A stretch of DNA of 64,000 nucleotides from the NCBI GenBank assembly GCA_018398765.1, contig JAHBMJ010000035.1, positions 62,001-126,000 on the forward strand, in the 5' to 3' direction. The DNA is from Chromera velia. Lineage: Eukaryota. Shown here one piece after another: positions 1 to 10,715 of this stretch. Positions within the stretch are counted from its first letter, which is position 1. Each line of letters starts with the position of its first letter. Under the pieces are notes generated by a model. The model ran no database searches and was not told where the DNA came from. It saw only the letters and a list, made by a program, of their open reading frames with translations. The position numbers and the translations under genes are program-made.

Positions 1-127
1 CGCTTCTCCCTACTCTAAGACTTCCCCCTCTATTAAATTCAACTGTAGCTGCAGCGGCTTCTCTTCTTCGTTTCTCGATCCTTCTTCTACCACGTCTCCC
101 CCCCTGCCGCCTCTCCTTTGCTGCGCT

Positions 128-919
128 TAGTGACCATGTTTGATTTGATTATATTTGATTTGATTTGATTTGATTTGAGCTTCAACCTCAAATATTTAAT
201 ATTTGAGGTAAGATTTGAGGTTAACCTCTTAGGGTTCCTCACTGAGTCACTGACTTACTGTCACTCTGATCATTTTTCTCATGACAGTAGTTATCAGAAC
301 ATTTCTGATGTATGTTTCAAAAATTTAAAAAAATATATGACTTTCCTGAATGCGACCACATGTCGAGGGTGATCGACACTCGTCGGGTCGCTGCTTTTCT
401 CAACCTGTCTTTGATTGACAGAATAATCTCGTTCTTCAGTGTTGGGAGCAGAAGTCTCTGCACCTTCCCCACAGACGGGAGATCGTAGCGGGGGTCCAGT
501 GCCTTGACCAGCTTTCGCAATGCCTCGTTTTCTGTGAGATGAGGCCAGCCAGCACTGGCCAGAAAGTCAGTGGTCAGCATATCGCACTTGATTCTCTTCT
601 CATGCGTCTCTGCATATGGTGCGACCACGGCTTCTGCTTCATCTTTAATGGGGAAAAACGTTCGCACGTCAGGCTGCTTCGTCCCCCCCGCCCCCTCCGA
701 TCGCTTCTCCTGTTAGGTTTTTCCATTTGAATCAGCATGCGTGATGGATCGGTACTTGCAAAAGTTTTTTCGGGACCTTCATATTTGAGGTTGAAAGTCA
801 TATTGATCAAATATTTGATCGTATTTGATAGGTCCTTAAACACTAGGTCCTCCCTGACTGGATATTTGATTTGAGCTTAAGCCCTACCTCAAATCAAATC
901 AAATCAAACATGGTTACTA
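128..919 (-). mobile_element. Internally deleted hAT DNA transposon
   Basis: TIRs TAGTGACCATGTTTGATTTG (128) and CAAATCAAACATGGTTACTA (ends 919). 8-bp TSD GCTGCGCT/GCCGCGCT (1 mismatch). Subterminal (TTTGA)n repeats. Carries a transposase fragment. Confidence 0.9.
317..667 (-). pseudogene. hAT transposase fragment
   Basis: ENEALRKLVKALDPRYDLPS...RVSITLDMWS matches the hAT 'F..L...LDPRY.LPSR...SLT.D.W(T/S)' region containing the first catalytic Asp. Truncated on both sides. Confidence 0.85.
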
Positions 920-1269
920 GCCGCGCTCCCCCCCTAGAATGGTAAGAAGTCAATTTAAGAACAGTAGAGATTATGACCTTAAGGACTTCAAGCAGATGGT
1001 GTTGTCAACCGGTTTTCTTAATTAGAAAACGGAGACCGTAGGAGCCGACCAGAGAGCAAGGACCTAATTAAGGGGAGAACATTTTTGAGGGTGGTGACCC
1101 TCAGTCCGGGGATGAGCTTGCAGATGAAGCCCAACACCTTTCGGCCGAGCTTGCCAATCTGTTTGCTGATCAAAAAGCAGAAGGGGATCGCATTTTTCCA
1201 GCCCGTCGGCGACTTCCGCAGGCTGTAGCCCTTAAAGCTAGACTTAGCTAGTGCAAAAGCCCATGTTTC

Positions 1270-2104
1270 TAGTGACTAGATTTGATTTGAAGTAGAGCTT
1301 AACCTCAAATAAAATCTTAGGCCTGAGAAACTTTAGCATGATAGGGCCTATCAAATCCTATCAAATCTACTTCAAATCTGACTTTTTAACCTCAAATCTT
1401 CGAGGTTAATCCGTCATCCAGTCTCTCAAATGAGTCTTTGCACTTTTTTATACGAAAAAAAAAAAAGATTTCACATGAATATGAACGCCCAAACGCTTTT
1501 CTAAATGTCTGTTCAGTAAAAAAAAGGTCATCCAGTATATTTTTCAGACATTCAAGTTTTGATAGAGGGTTTAAAGTGGTTCTTTATTATGCTGTGGCAG
1601 TTTTTACGCTTCTTTCTTTGCCTTAGGCCCTTCTTCAGTCCCCTTTTATCAAACCGATGAACGATGCTAAACAATCCCATAGGTCATAACAACAAGAAGG
1701 CCGCATTAGTGTATACTGCCGGCTAGTACGCGACGAAAGTGTAGTCTGCAGAAAGAGGGAGTAATGTAATTGTATGCCAAGTTAAGATTTCGGGTGAAGA
1801 AGGATGAACTCTGAGAAGGAGAGGGAGAGACGATTTGTGGGTGTAAATATGCCGCCACTGCCAGTCTGCCACCTCCTCCTTCCAAAAACATCTTGTTGCA
1901 GCCCACACGGTCTAACCATTGTATCCGACGCACAGGATTTGCTAGTGGTGTCGACTGTGTTATGTCATCTTCAGTGTAGCTATCATTGTCTGTCAAGAGT
2001 GAGCTCTAGACTTCAACCTTAAATCTACTTTAAATCTGGTCAGATTTGAGCTTGAAGCTCAAATCAAATCAAATCAAATCCTATTAAATCAAATCTGGTC
2101 ACTA
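1270..2104 (+). mobile_element. Second non-autonomous hAT element, related family
   Basis: TIRs TAGTGACTAGATTTGATTTGA / AAATCAAATCTGGTCACTA. TSD CATGTTTC vs CATGCCTC (two C/T differences). Frameshifted BED-finger-like remnant (LWQF..., ICGCKY, TSSFQKHLVAAH). Confidence 0.8.
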
Positions 2105-3308
2105 CATGCCTCTTGCTCTCCACGCGCAGCACTAGGTCCTCCCACAGCTACTATTCAGATCGAAAGTGCTGACGAAAGTGATTCAGAGCCTCCCATGCAG
2201 AGAAGACACCTTAAAGTTCGATGGACACTCTTTGACTCAGACTCAGACTATAACAGTTACTCAGATAATGCTAGCAGACAATGAGTAATCAAACCTTTTA
2301 CAGTTTAACACATCAAGTTAAACTAAATAAACTAAAGACCACGGATAACTAGTTTAGTTCATAATTTAGTTAGTTAGTTTAGTTTTCTTGAGAAATATGA
2401 ACTAACTAAAGAACTAAACTAACTAAAGTCCACACCTAGAGTTGACTGCACTGGCAGTTTTTACGCTTCTTTCTTTGCCTTAGGCCCTTCTTCAGTCCCC
2501 CTTTATCAAACCGATGAACGATGCTAAACAATCCCACAGGTCATAACAACAAGAAGGCCGCATTAGTGTATACTGCCGGCTAGTACGCGACGAAAGTGTA
2601 GTCTGCAGAAAGAGGGAGTAATGTAATTGTATGCCAAGTTAAGATTTCGGGTGAAGAAGGATGAACTCCGAGAAGGAGAGGGAGAGACGATTTGTGGGTG
2701 TAAATATGCCGCCACTGCCAGTCTGCCACCTCCTCCTTCCAAAAACATCTTGTTGCAGCCCACACGGTCTGACCATTGTATCCGACGCACAGGATTTGCT
2801 AGTGGTGTCGACTGTGTTATGTCATCTTCAGTGCAGCTGTCATTGTCTGTCAAGAGTGAGCTCTAGACTTCAACCTTAAATCTACTTTAAATCTGGTTAG
2901 ATTTGAGCTTGAAGCTCAAATCAAATCAAATTAAATCCTATCAAATCAAATCTGGTCACTACATGCCTCTTGCTCTCCACGCGCAGCACTAGGTCCTCCC
3001 ACAGCTGCTATTCAGATCGAAAGTGCTGACGAAAGTGATTCAGAGCCTCCCATGCAGAGAAGACGCCTTAAAGTTCGATGGACACTCTTTGACTCAGACT
3101 CAGACTATAACAGTTACTCAGATAATGCTAGCAGACAATGAGTAATCAAACCTTTTACAGTTTAACACATCAAGTTAAACTAAATAAACTAAAGACCACG
3201 GATAACTAGTTTAGTTCATAATTTAGTTAGTTAGTTTAGTTTTCTTGAGAAATATGAACTAACTAAAGAACTAAACTAACTAAAGTCCACACCTAGAGTT
3301 GACTGCAC
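1595..3308 (+). repeat. 857-bp tandem duplication (two copies)
   Basis: 1595-2451 is repeated at 2452-3308. Duplicate ORFs are offset by exactly 857 (1706/2563, 1804/2661). 11 substitutions counted by eye. Confidence 0.95.
2310..2438. mobile_element. Probable right terminus of a third hAT-like host element (second copy ends at 3295)
   Basis: Dense AACTAAA/TTTAGTT subterminal repeats in both orientations ending in GTCCACACCTA (TAGGTGTGG on the minus strand). The partner terminus is not in the window. Confidence 0.5.
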
Positions 3309-3458
3309 TTGACTTTCATAGACTTTCACTTAGTCTCTCTGGTTTATCTAGATTTGAATAGAATTTAGCGTGTGACAATGTAGCCACTGCTAGCCAGGGG
3401 TTTTGTTTTATTGCGTAGACGGATGGAAGGTTAAAAGTGAGAGCCCTATGATGATGAT

Positions 3459-4155
3459 GGATATGCTAGGAACCGGTCTTAAATGCAGTTTTCCCCATCT
3501 AGATTCAAGTTTATCTACTAGTTTATCTAGCCTCCCGAATATTCAAAATATTTTTGGGAGTATATATTATCTTAAAAAAATTATGTAGATTTCTAAGCTA
3601 GTTTTTAAGATATAGTATATTTACCTAGATATTTACAACATTCTATACAAAATATTATGTAGCTTCTGTACAACAAGCCAGATAGTAACCTAACTAATAA
3701 TCTGACAAGCATATGAACTGACTAACTTGAAGGCAACGCTTGGGAAGATGAAAAGTTATATGTGACATAATACGTCTACCAAATAAGGTAAACTATACTT
3801 GACAGTCAATGGCACTCCATCTACTAGTAGAGTTTTATTAGTTGTGAATCAACTAGGGGTGTCACAGAGAAAAATAATTTTAAAAAAAGTATATGAAAAA
3901 TTGAGTTATGCACTCTTTTTTTTCTTTTCCAACGGCCTAGCTGCATGCAACACCTTGCAACACTTGTGTAACACCCATGTAATAGCGAAACAACAGTTGT
4001 TTTAGACAAAGAAAAAAAAAGGAAAAAAAAAACTCTCTGACAAATCGAGTTATATAAATTTTTTTTTTCTCTGGGACACCCCTAGTGAATCAAGATATTT
4101 TAGCTGGTACATCTCTTGGGGGAAACTGCATTTAAGATCAGTTCCCAGCACGTCC
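3459..4155. mobile_element. MITE with ~38-bp TIRs
   Basis: GGATATGCTAGGAACCGGTCTTAAATGCAGTTTTCCCC (3459-3496) is the inverted complement of 4118-4155, with transition-only mismatches. AT-rich interior. Confidence 0.75.
3853..4085. mobile_element. Small MITE nested in the preceding MITE
   Basis: TIRs CTAGGGGTGTC(A/C)CAGAGAAAAA. Perfect 8-bp TSD TGAATCAA at 3845-3852 and 4086-4093. Confidence 0.9.
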
Positions 4156-4160
4156 GCCTC

Positions 4161-4628
4161 TGCTTTGTCCCTCCTGTCCGGCCACCTTATGGCGTCCAGA
4201 CAGAAGGTAAAGCGAGGATAAGAACCTTAGGAAGATCTAGAGAAGGAACGTGAGCAACATTCAGTCAGGCGACAGTTTACAGAAGGTTTAGCTCTAGAGC
4301 GATCTGCTATTCCAATCAGCTGGGTTCATTCTATCATTGCACGGTTTCTACTCAGTCCTCTTTCTGTTCCTCTCTCTCAGACTCTTGATGTATGTCAAAC
4401 AGACATCAGACTCAAACGATGCTATCCGTTGCTCGAGTGACATGTTGCATGCTTGAATACAAAGGTCAGACTCGATTTCAACGACTTTGATCGACGCGCG
4501 CAACACGTACATACATGCAAGTCGATTGCGTATACATGTGGCGGTGGAGCATAGCGTCAGCACGCGGGCTCATTCAGATACAGCGCATGCGAGGGTCCAG
4601 AGGGCGGCGCCACAGGGTAGGACTCCAC
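4161..4628 (+). repeat. ~460-bp direct repeat, copy 1
   Basis: TGCTTTGTCCC...GGCGTCCAGACAGAAGGTAAAG...GGCGCCACAGGGTAGGA recurs at ~7012-7467 with substitutions and small indels. Confidence 0.9.
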
Positions 4629-7011
4629 AGATCCCCCCCGGCCACAGACAAGAAAATCGCGTCCCCGCGATCAGCCAGACACATTCGAGCATGCGCAGAA
4701 AGGGAAAAAAGGCGAGCAAAAGAACATGATCAACCAAACATAATGCAAACCCATACAACCAATAGAACACTTCAAAGCATGTAGTCGAAGGAATGAAATC
4801 TCGAGCGTCCTCGCACTATGACAGATGCAAGGAAGAGCAAATCAAGACAACAGACATCAACGAACGAACGGCCGTGAACGGCAGCCGGTCAGACCTATCG
4901 GAGGGAGACGCCTGGTGGTACACCATCTGGCTCCACGCAGATGCTCGCGTAGAGACGGCTAGCTCCACCAAGGCCCCCATCAACTCCCGTGCTACGAGGG
5001 GGAGAGGCGATACCCAGAGAACCCAGAGGGCCTCCAAAGCACTGGCATCCCCCTGCAGGGAGAAGATGTAGAACGAACACAGAGACATGCATGGACTGTC
5101 CCCTCGCTTTTTCTTCTTTTCTCGTTGAACTAGACATCTCTTTAAAGATTTCTTCTCCTTTTGCTCCTCCTCTACTCATTTTCTCTCCGCCTCTTCCAGT
5201 CTCTTTTTCTTAAATTAAGAAGGAAGCCAGGGATAACCCGAAACGTTTCTAAATCAAAGCAGCAGAAGGAAATGAGAAGGAGACAGTGAATGAAAGCGCC
5301 CCCTCGTGTGCTCGTGCTCTCAGCCACATGAGGGGTCTGACTCCCAAGCCATACGCAAAGAAGAGAAGCCGAGAGAGAAGAAAGGTCACTCTTCCAAAAG
5401 GAGCTCCAGAAGTTCCAAATGTGTGGCACATGCAGCGCTCGGCTTGTCGCTCTCGCAGTCCGCCTCTTTGATGCTCAGCTTTGCAATGAGCTCACTCCCC
5501 CCCCAAGTTCAGTGCAGGGGCGTAAGGGCGGTCACAGGCAGTCGCGGGCATGCGCGGGCATAAGCATATGGCGGCGATAATCAGGCAGTCCTCTGCCCGC
5601 GTTTCATATGCAGCTGACGTAGGGGTAGGCGATCGACTTCGAGTTCTCGTTGATAGAAGGGCTCGGCCGTCTCGTCGAGTATAAATACATTTCGCGCGTG
5701 TCAGCGGCTATATAAAGGGAGGGAGGGAAGCGACCGGACACATTACAGACTGCCCCACTGGTTTCTTTCTATCTTATCTCTTCTTTCTATCTCGTTTTAT
5801 CCCTTTGCTGCTCCTTTCGACACATGAACTCTCAACTTCAGACAAAAGATGCTCCAGTCACACTCAGTTGCTAGTACTTCGCATGCTCTCGGCGAGCCTC
5901 GATTCGATTCGCCCCCCCCACCCCGAAGCAACCCCCCTCTCTCCCTCTTTCCCCCCCTTTCCCTCCCTCTCCCCCCTTCCCCATTGTCCCCCCTTCTCCC
6001 CCTTCCCCCATGACCCGCTTTGCCCTTCCCGATCCCTGTTAAAAATTTTGCCGGCGCCGGCGAGAGATGAGGCGGCAGCTGCCGTGTGCCCTACTCTGTC
6101 TCTCAGTAGGTCTGCCGCGACCCTTCTGCCTCTCTTGCCGTCGAGGGCAGGCTCGATATCATTTTGTACCCCTTCCTTACTTCCCCCTCCTTCCTACTCC
6201 AGGCTCGCCGTATCAGGGTCCTAGAGCAGAAGGCCTTCCCCAGCTAGCACACCGGCCGTCACTGCGTTGTTCCATGTGGTACGCCGCCACCTGTCCCTTC
6301 TGCCTGTTTAACATACATGCAGAGTCTCGCGCACCCGATTGAACCGCCACTCATTGAATGATCTACGCAATAGCCAGACAGCCAGAAACAACAAGCTCTC
6401 TCTCGGAAGAAAACGGCAGCATTGCAGACACATGGAGAGGCAAAGGGCGTCTTCTTGTGTTTGGACGCTTTTGGAGGACCAGTCCAGACAGACCTAGACA
6501 TGCTGGAGGTGTTTGCAAGCCATAAAGGTGGTCGGCCTCTCGCAGACAAGCAAGCAACCAACAGCAAAGACAAGTGAAGGTGATTAGCCGACACCCATCT
6601 GGAAGACGGAGACAGTTACAGAATCAAAAGGCATAAGACAAGCACTCTACTGGCCGTTTGAATTGCGATCTGCTTGTAGACGGCGGTCTTAATGAAGTCA
6701 AGCTCCTCGAAAGTCCGAGCAACACTAAGCAACGCCTCCACCATCGGCTTTGGCGACCTCCAACGATCTTTGGGCTCTCCACCCAAGAACAAAGGCAAAG
6801 TCCAAGATTGGACTCAAAAGAGATCTCTAAAAGAGGATTCTAGGCAGCTTGGGACGCAAGGGGACGCTGAATTCCCCTACTCACGGTCTTTGCCTGACCG
6901 TGCCCGTATCGTTGCAATCGGATTTCAACTGTTGCGCAAAGAGACAGATCTGATCTCCATCACAGAAGGTATACGAAAGTCGACACTCATCGAGGTGAGC
7001 GTTCACCACAA

Positions 7012-7467
7012 TGCTTTGTCCCTTCTGTCCGGCCACCTTATGGCGTCCAGACAGAAGGTAAAGTGAGGATAAGAACCTTAGGAAGATCTAAAGAAGGAAC
7101 GTAAGCAACACTCAGTCAGGCAACAGTTTACAGCAGGTTTGGCTCTAGAGCGATCTGGGATTTCAATCAGCTAGATTCATTCTATCATACACGGTTTCTG
7201 CTCATTCCTCTCTCTCAGACTCTAAAGCTCTCTTGATCTATGACGAACAGACATTAGACTCAAACGATGCTATCCGTTGCTTGAGTAATATGTTGCATGC
7301 TTGAATACAAAGGTAAGACTCGATCGACTTTAACAACTTTAATCGATGCGCGCGACACGTATGAAACAAAGCACGGTGGCGGAGCCTAGCGTTGGCACGC
7401 AGACTCATTCAGATATACAGCGCATGCAAGGGTCCAGAGGGCGGCGCCACAGGGTAGGATTCCACAT
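7012..7467 (+). repeat. ~460-bp direct repeat, copy 2
   Basis: Matches 4161-4628. Abuts the truncated 3' end of the CRE-like element. Confidence 0.9.
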
Positions 7468-7479
7468 CCTTCACAAAAG

Positions 7480-9285
7480 AGACCTCTCTCTATCTGATTG
7501 TCCGAAGGTTTTAAAGATTATCGGAAGGAATTGTAGGCCGACCGAACAAGCCACAACGGCATATTTCCTCTGCTTTTCCTCACTCTTCATCTTGGCGGCT
7601 GCCCCTGCTGTTTTCAATCAGGTACGCAGGCGGGCGGTGTCAGATGAGATGGGAAAAGTGACGGAAATATCTGCTAGGATGGTATCACCATTTGAAAGGG
7701 AGGCAAAAATGTCTGCCCGTTTGGTCCTCTGATCAGCGACTCCCGGAGATAAGAATCGGTAGCGACCCCCAAGTAATCCAGAATCGTTTTTTCCAGTACG
7801 TAAGTGTGATGGAGCCCATGCAGAACCTATATAAACGCTCTCTTTACCTGCTCATGGCACCAGTGCATGCCCTCTCCGTTCGGGCACTTCTGTGCGTGGT
7901 GCCCTTTGGGATCGAGAGGAAACCCGCATACACACACCCCTGCTCTATGCATCTCCGGGATGCCCAGGCTGAGACGAATGTAGATCGCTACCCAATAAAC
8001 TGCGGGAGGGAAGCGCAGCCAACTGGATAAGGGAATGGCACTCAGCCAGGCTGAAGCCCCGTTGCCAGAGCAGGAATGCAGGTGGATGCGCTCAAAGAGC
8101 TGTACCTTTGAAAAAAGATACATTCTGCACGATCAGTGAATGGCGTCGGTAATTTTTTGGTGTTCTTGGCCGGATGACGCTCTCTATCAAACGCTAAATA
8201 CAGAACCATTATAGAACTCCACCCGTGTCTTAACAGATGGTTTGCCTTGAGCTTCACCAATTCTGCCGCTGCCTCTGCCCTTTCAAACTCGCATTTGGAT
8301 GCTTGTAGCTAGGGAAGAGCCGAAAAGGCTTCCCTTTCTGGTGCTTGGCCTTGACCAAGGAAAGCCTGGTCCGTCAGTCATTGAACCACATCAGACAACG
8401 TAACCCTGCAACTCCCCAACAAACCTGCCGTCACGGTTGTATGAAAACAAGTAAAACCCAGACCCCCCTGGTACTGAGGAAGGTAGGCTTGATTTCGTAC
8501 TTCTCCCTATTCCCACTCTTGCTCTGATAAACCCATGATGCGTGCCCATGACTCGCCTAACTCCTTATCAGCACGCGACCACTTGTCCAATGTGATGACG
8601 TGTGATAACATCTCTCATAATTCTCGTAAGGAAAATCAGCTTTGGGAGAACGCAGAAACACATCACGAGGTGAGCCCCCTACGGGTCCCCATACTTTTTA
8701 ACTGCCTCACTAAGCTCCCGTGCCTCTTTCAGTTTTTTGTCAAAGTGTTCACTCTGATACTGTACCGCCCCCTAGACCGTCCCACTTGCTACACCACAAA
8801 GACGGAAACCTGTGAGAGAGAGACAGATTCCAGGGGGAGAAGGGTAGGCTGCTGGGCAGCTTACCATGAGCTGCTATGAGGGAGAATGAACGGAGCTCTT
8901 GTCCGGCCGTAGCATTAGCCCGAAGCTGTGCAACCTAGCTATACTCACTCTCCATGTATGCAGGATGCTGTCGTCCTGTCTATCTGTAGGAATCTGAGAC
9001 AAGGGGTAGAGAGGAAAAACCATGGAGACATCGTCCATGAAAACACCAACAAAACACCCCTTTCTTCTATGTACCTCCATGCTTAGCCTGTAGATCCCCC
9101 AATACACCATTGAGGGAAGGCTTCAGCCCGAGACAGAATAAAAGGGGCCCTGCTACATCCCCCTGCTGCACACCTTCTTCGTACTTGATCTTTCGCAAGA
9201 AACCCAGATCGGAAGGGGTTCCATACTATAGCGCAAAGAATGTATATAGACGGGATATATCTAATCAGTTGGGTGAGTGCCTTAG
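7480..9285 (-). mobile_element. Decayed CRE-clade non-LTR retrotransposon (RT, zinc knuckle, restriction-like endonuclease)
   Basis: Minus strand, in order: GVQQGDVAGPLLFCLG, FMDD, GLMLRPDKS, QAYLPQYQGGLG, SGNGASAWLSAIP...CVCG...GHHAQKC...H, RADI...LADISVTFP...AAAKMKSEEKQRKY...FLPIIFKTFG. Contains stops and frameshifts. Confidence 0.9.
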
Positions 9286-9294
9286 GCTTTTTTT

Positions 9295-10139
9295 AGGGGC
9301 AGCTCAGCTCTGCTGAGCTTAGCCGAGAGGCCCTAAGATCGCATGCACTCACATAACGTATTTTTTTATTTTGGGGGGGGGGATTGGTTCTGTTTCTGTC
9401 ACGGTTGGTCGGTGTCACCCGAGTTTCAAAATGTGCGGTCCGCTCATATTTGATTGGTGTATATAGGTGTACACCATCGGGGGCTTAGGTATGTCTTATG
9501 TGCTACCATGGGGGGGGAGCCACGGCAACGCATGCGAAGTATATGCTTTTCGGGACCGCGCGCATCGTATATACATGTACAACTCCATGCGAGTTACACT
9601 GAGGGGCACGCATGTGCGCAAAGTAAGTAAGGCACGCGTGATTGTGGCTCTATGCGAGTTGTTTGAGGGGCATATTTTGGAACTCGGGTGACACTGACCG
9701 ACCGTGACAGAGGCAGAACCGATCCCCCCCCCCCCNNNNNNNNNNNNNNNNNNNNNNNNNNNNNNNNNNNNNNNNNNNNNNNNNNNNNNNNNNNNNNNNN
9801 NNNNNNNNNNNNNNNNNNNNNNNNNNNNNNNNNNNNNNNNNNNNNNNNNNNNNNNNNNNNNNNNNNNNNNNNNNNNNNNNNNNNNNNNNNNNNNNNNNNN
9901 NNNNNNNNNNNNNNNNNNNNNNNNNNNNNNNNNNNNNNNNNNNNNNNNNNNNNNNNNNNNNNNNNNNNNNNNNNNNNNNNNNNNNNNNNNNNNNNNNNNN
10001 NNNNNNNNNNNNNNNNNNNNNNNNNNNNNNNNNNNNNNNNNNNNNNNNNNNNNNNNNCCCAAAATGAAAAAATGCGTTATGCGAGTGCATGCGATCTCAG
10101 GGCTTCTCAGCTGATCTCAGTAGAGCTGAGCTGCCCCCC
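9295..10139. mobile_element. Foldback/MITE with ~140-bp inverted arms; N gap in right arm
   Basis: 9295-9436 is inverted-complementary to 9670-9735 plus 10058-10139 (GGGGCAGCTCAGCTC.../...GAGCTGAGCTGCCCC). Confidence 0.85.
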
Positions 10140-10272
10140 AAGGCGATGGGGAAAATATGCATGGAGCTCGTCCATGACTGGTCATGCATGCTCCGACGCC
10201 GGGGCCGCGCGGTCGAACTCGAGAAAAAAAAAATTAATTATTAATATAAGCTCCAAGCTATAGCATTCGCCA

Positions 10273-10307
<35 letters not shown>

Positions 10308-10715
10308 ATGATTGAAAGGTTTGGTTCGCTTTTTTGTAATTTAATTTTTTAACACTACATTTTACTTTGTGGTCGTTTTTGCCATTTTTTGCCAAGTTAA
10401 TTATAGTTAATTGAATATAATTGAATTGCGCGGATTTGTGCCATGCAGGATTCAAGAGTCAAGACAACTGAAGACATCTGAAGACGGGGTCGGATGAGGG
10501 ACACGATGACTGCATTTTGCAGCGTTCTGCAAAAAAAAAGGACTGAATCAATTGTGAATATTTGACTCCTCTGTCTACTGCAGAATCGTGCAGATTCTTT
10601 TGTTTTGGCCGCAGAAAGTGGTTCGGAATCTTTTCGGACGCAGCTCTGCAAGGAGCCTCCCTGTATCCGTTTGGACGTTTTGCACGTCTCCTGTTCGTGT
10701 GAATTCTCGGCACCC

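Noticed and set aside
4161..7467. Intact LTR retrotransposon
   Set aside because: No TG...CA termini, TSD, primer-binding site or gag/pol motifs were found.
9496..10263. Long ORFs containing X runs
   Set aside because: Artefacts of the N gap.
10275..10302. Poly-A tail of a retroposon on the minus strand
   Set aside because: No TSD or recognisable element body; homopolymers are common in this window.
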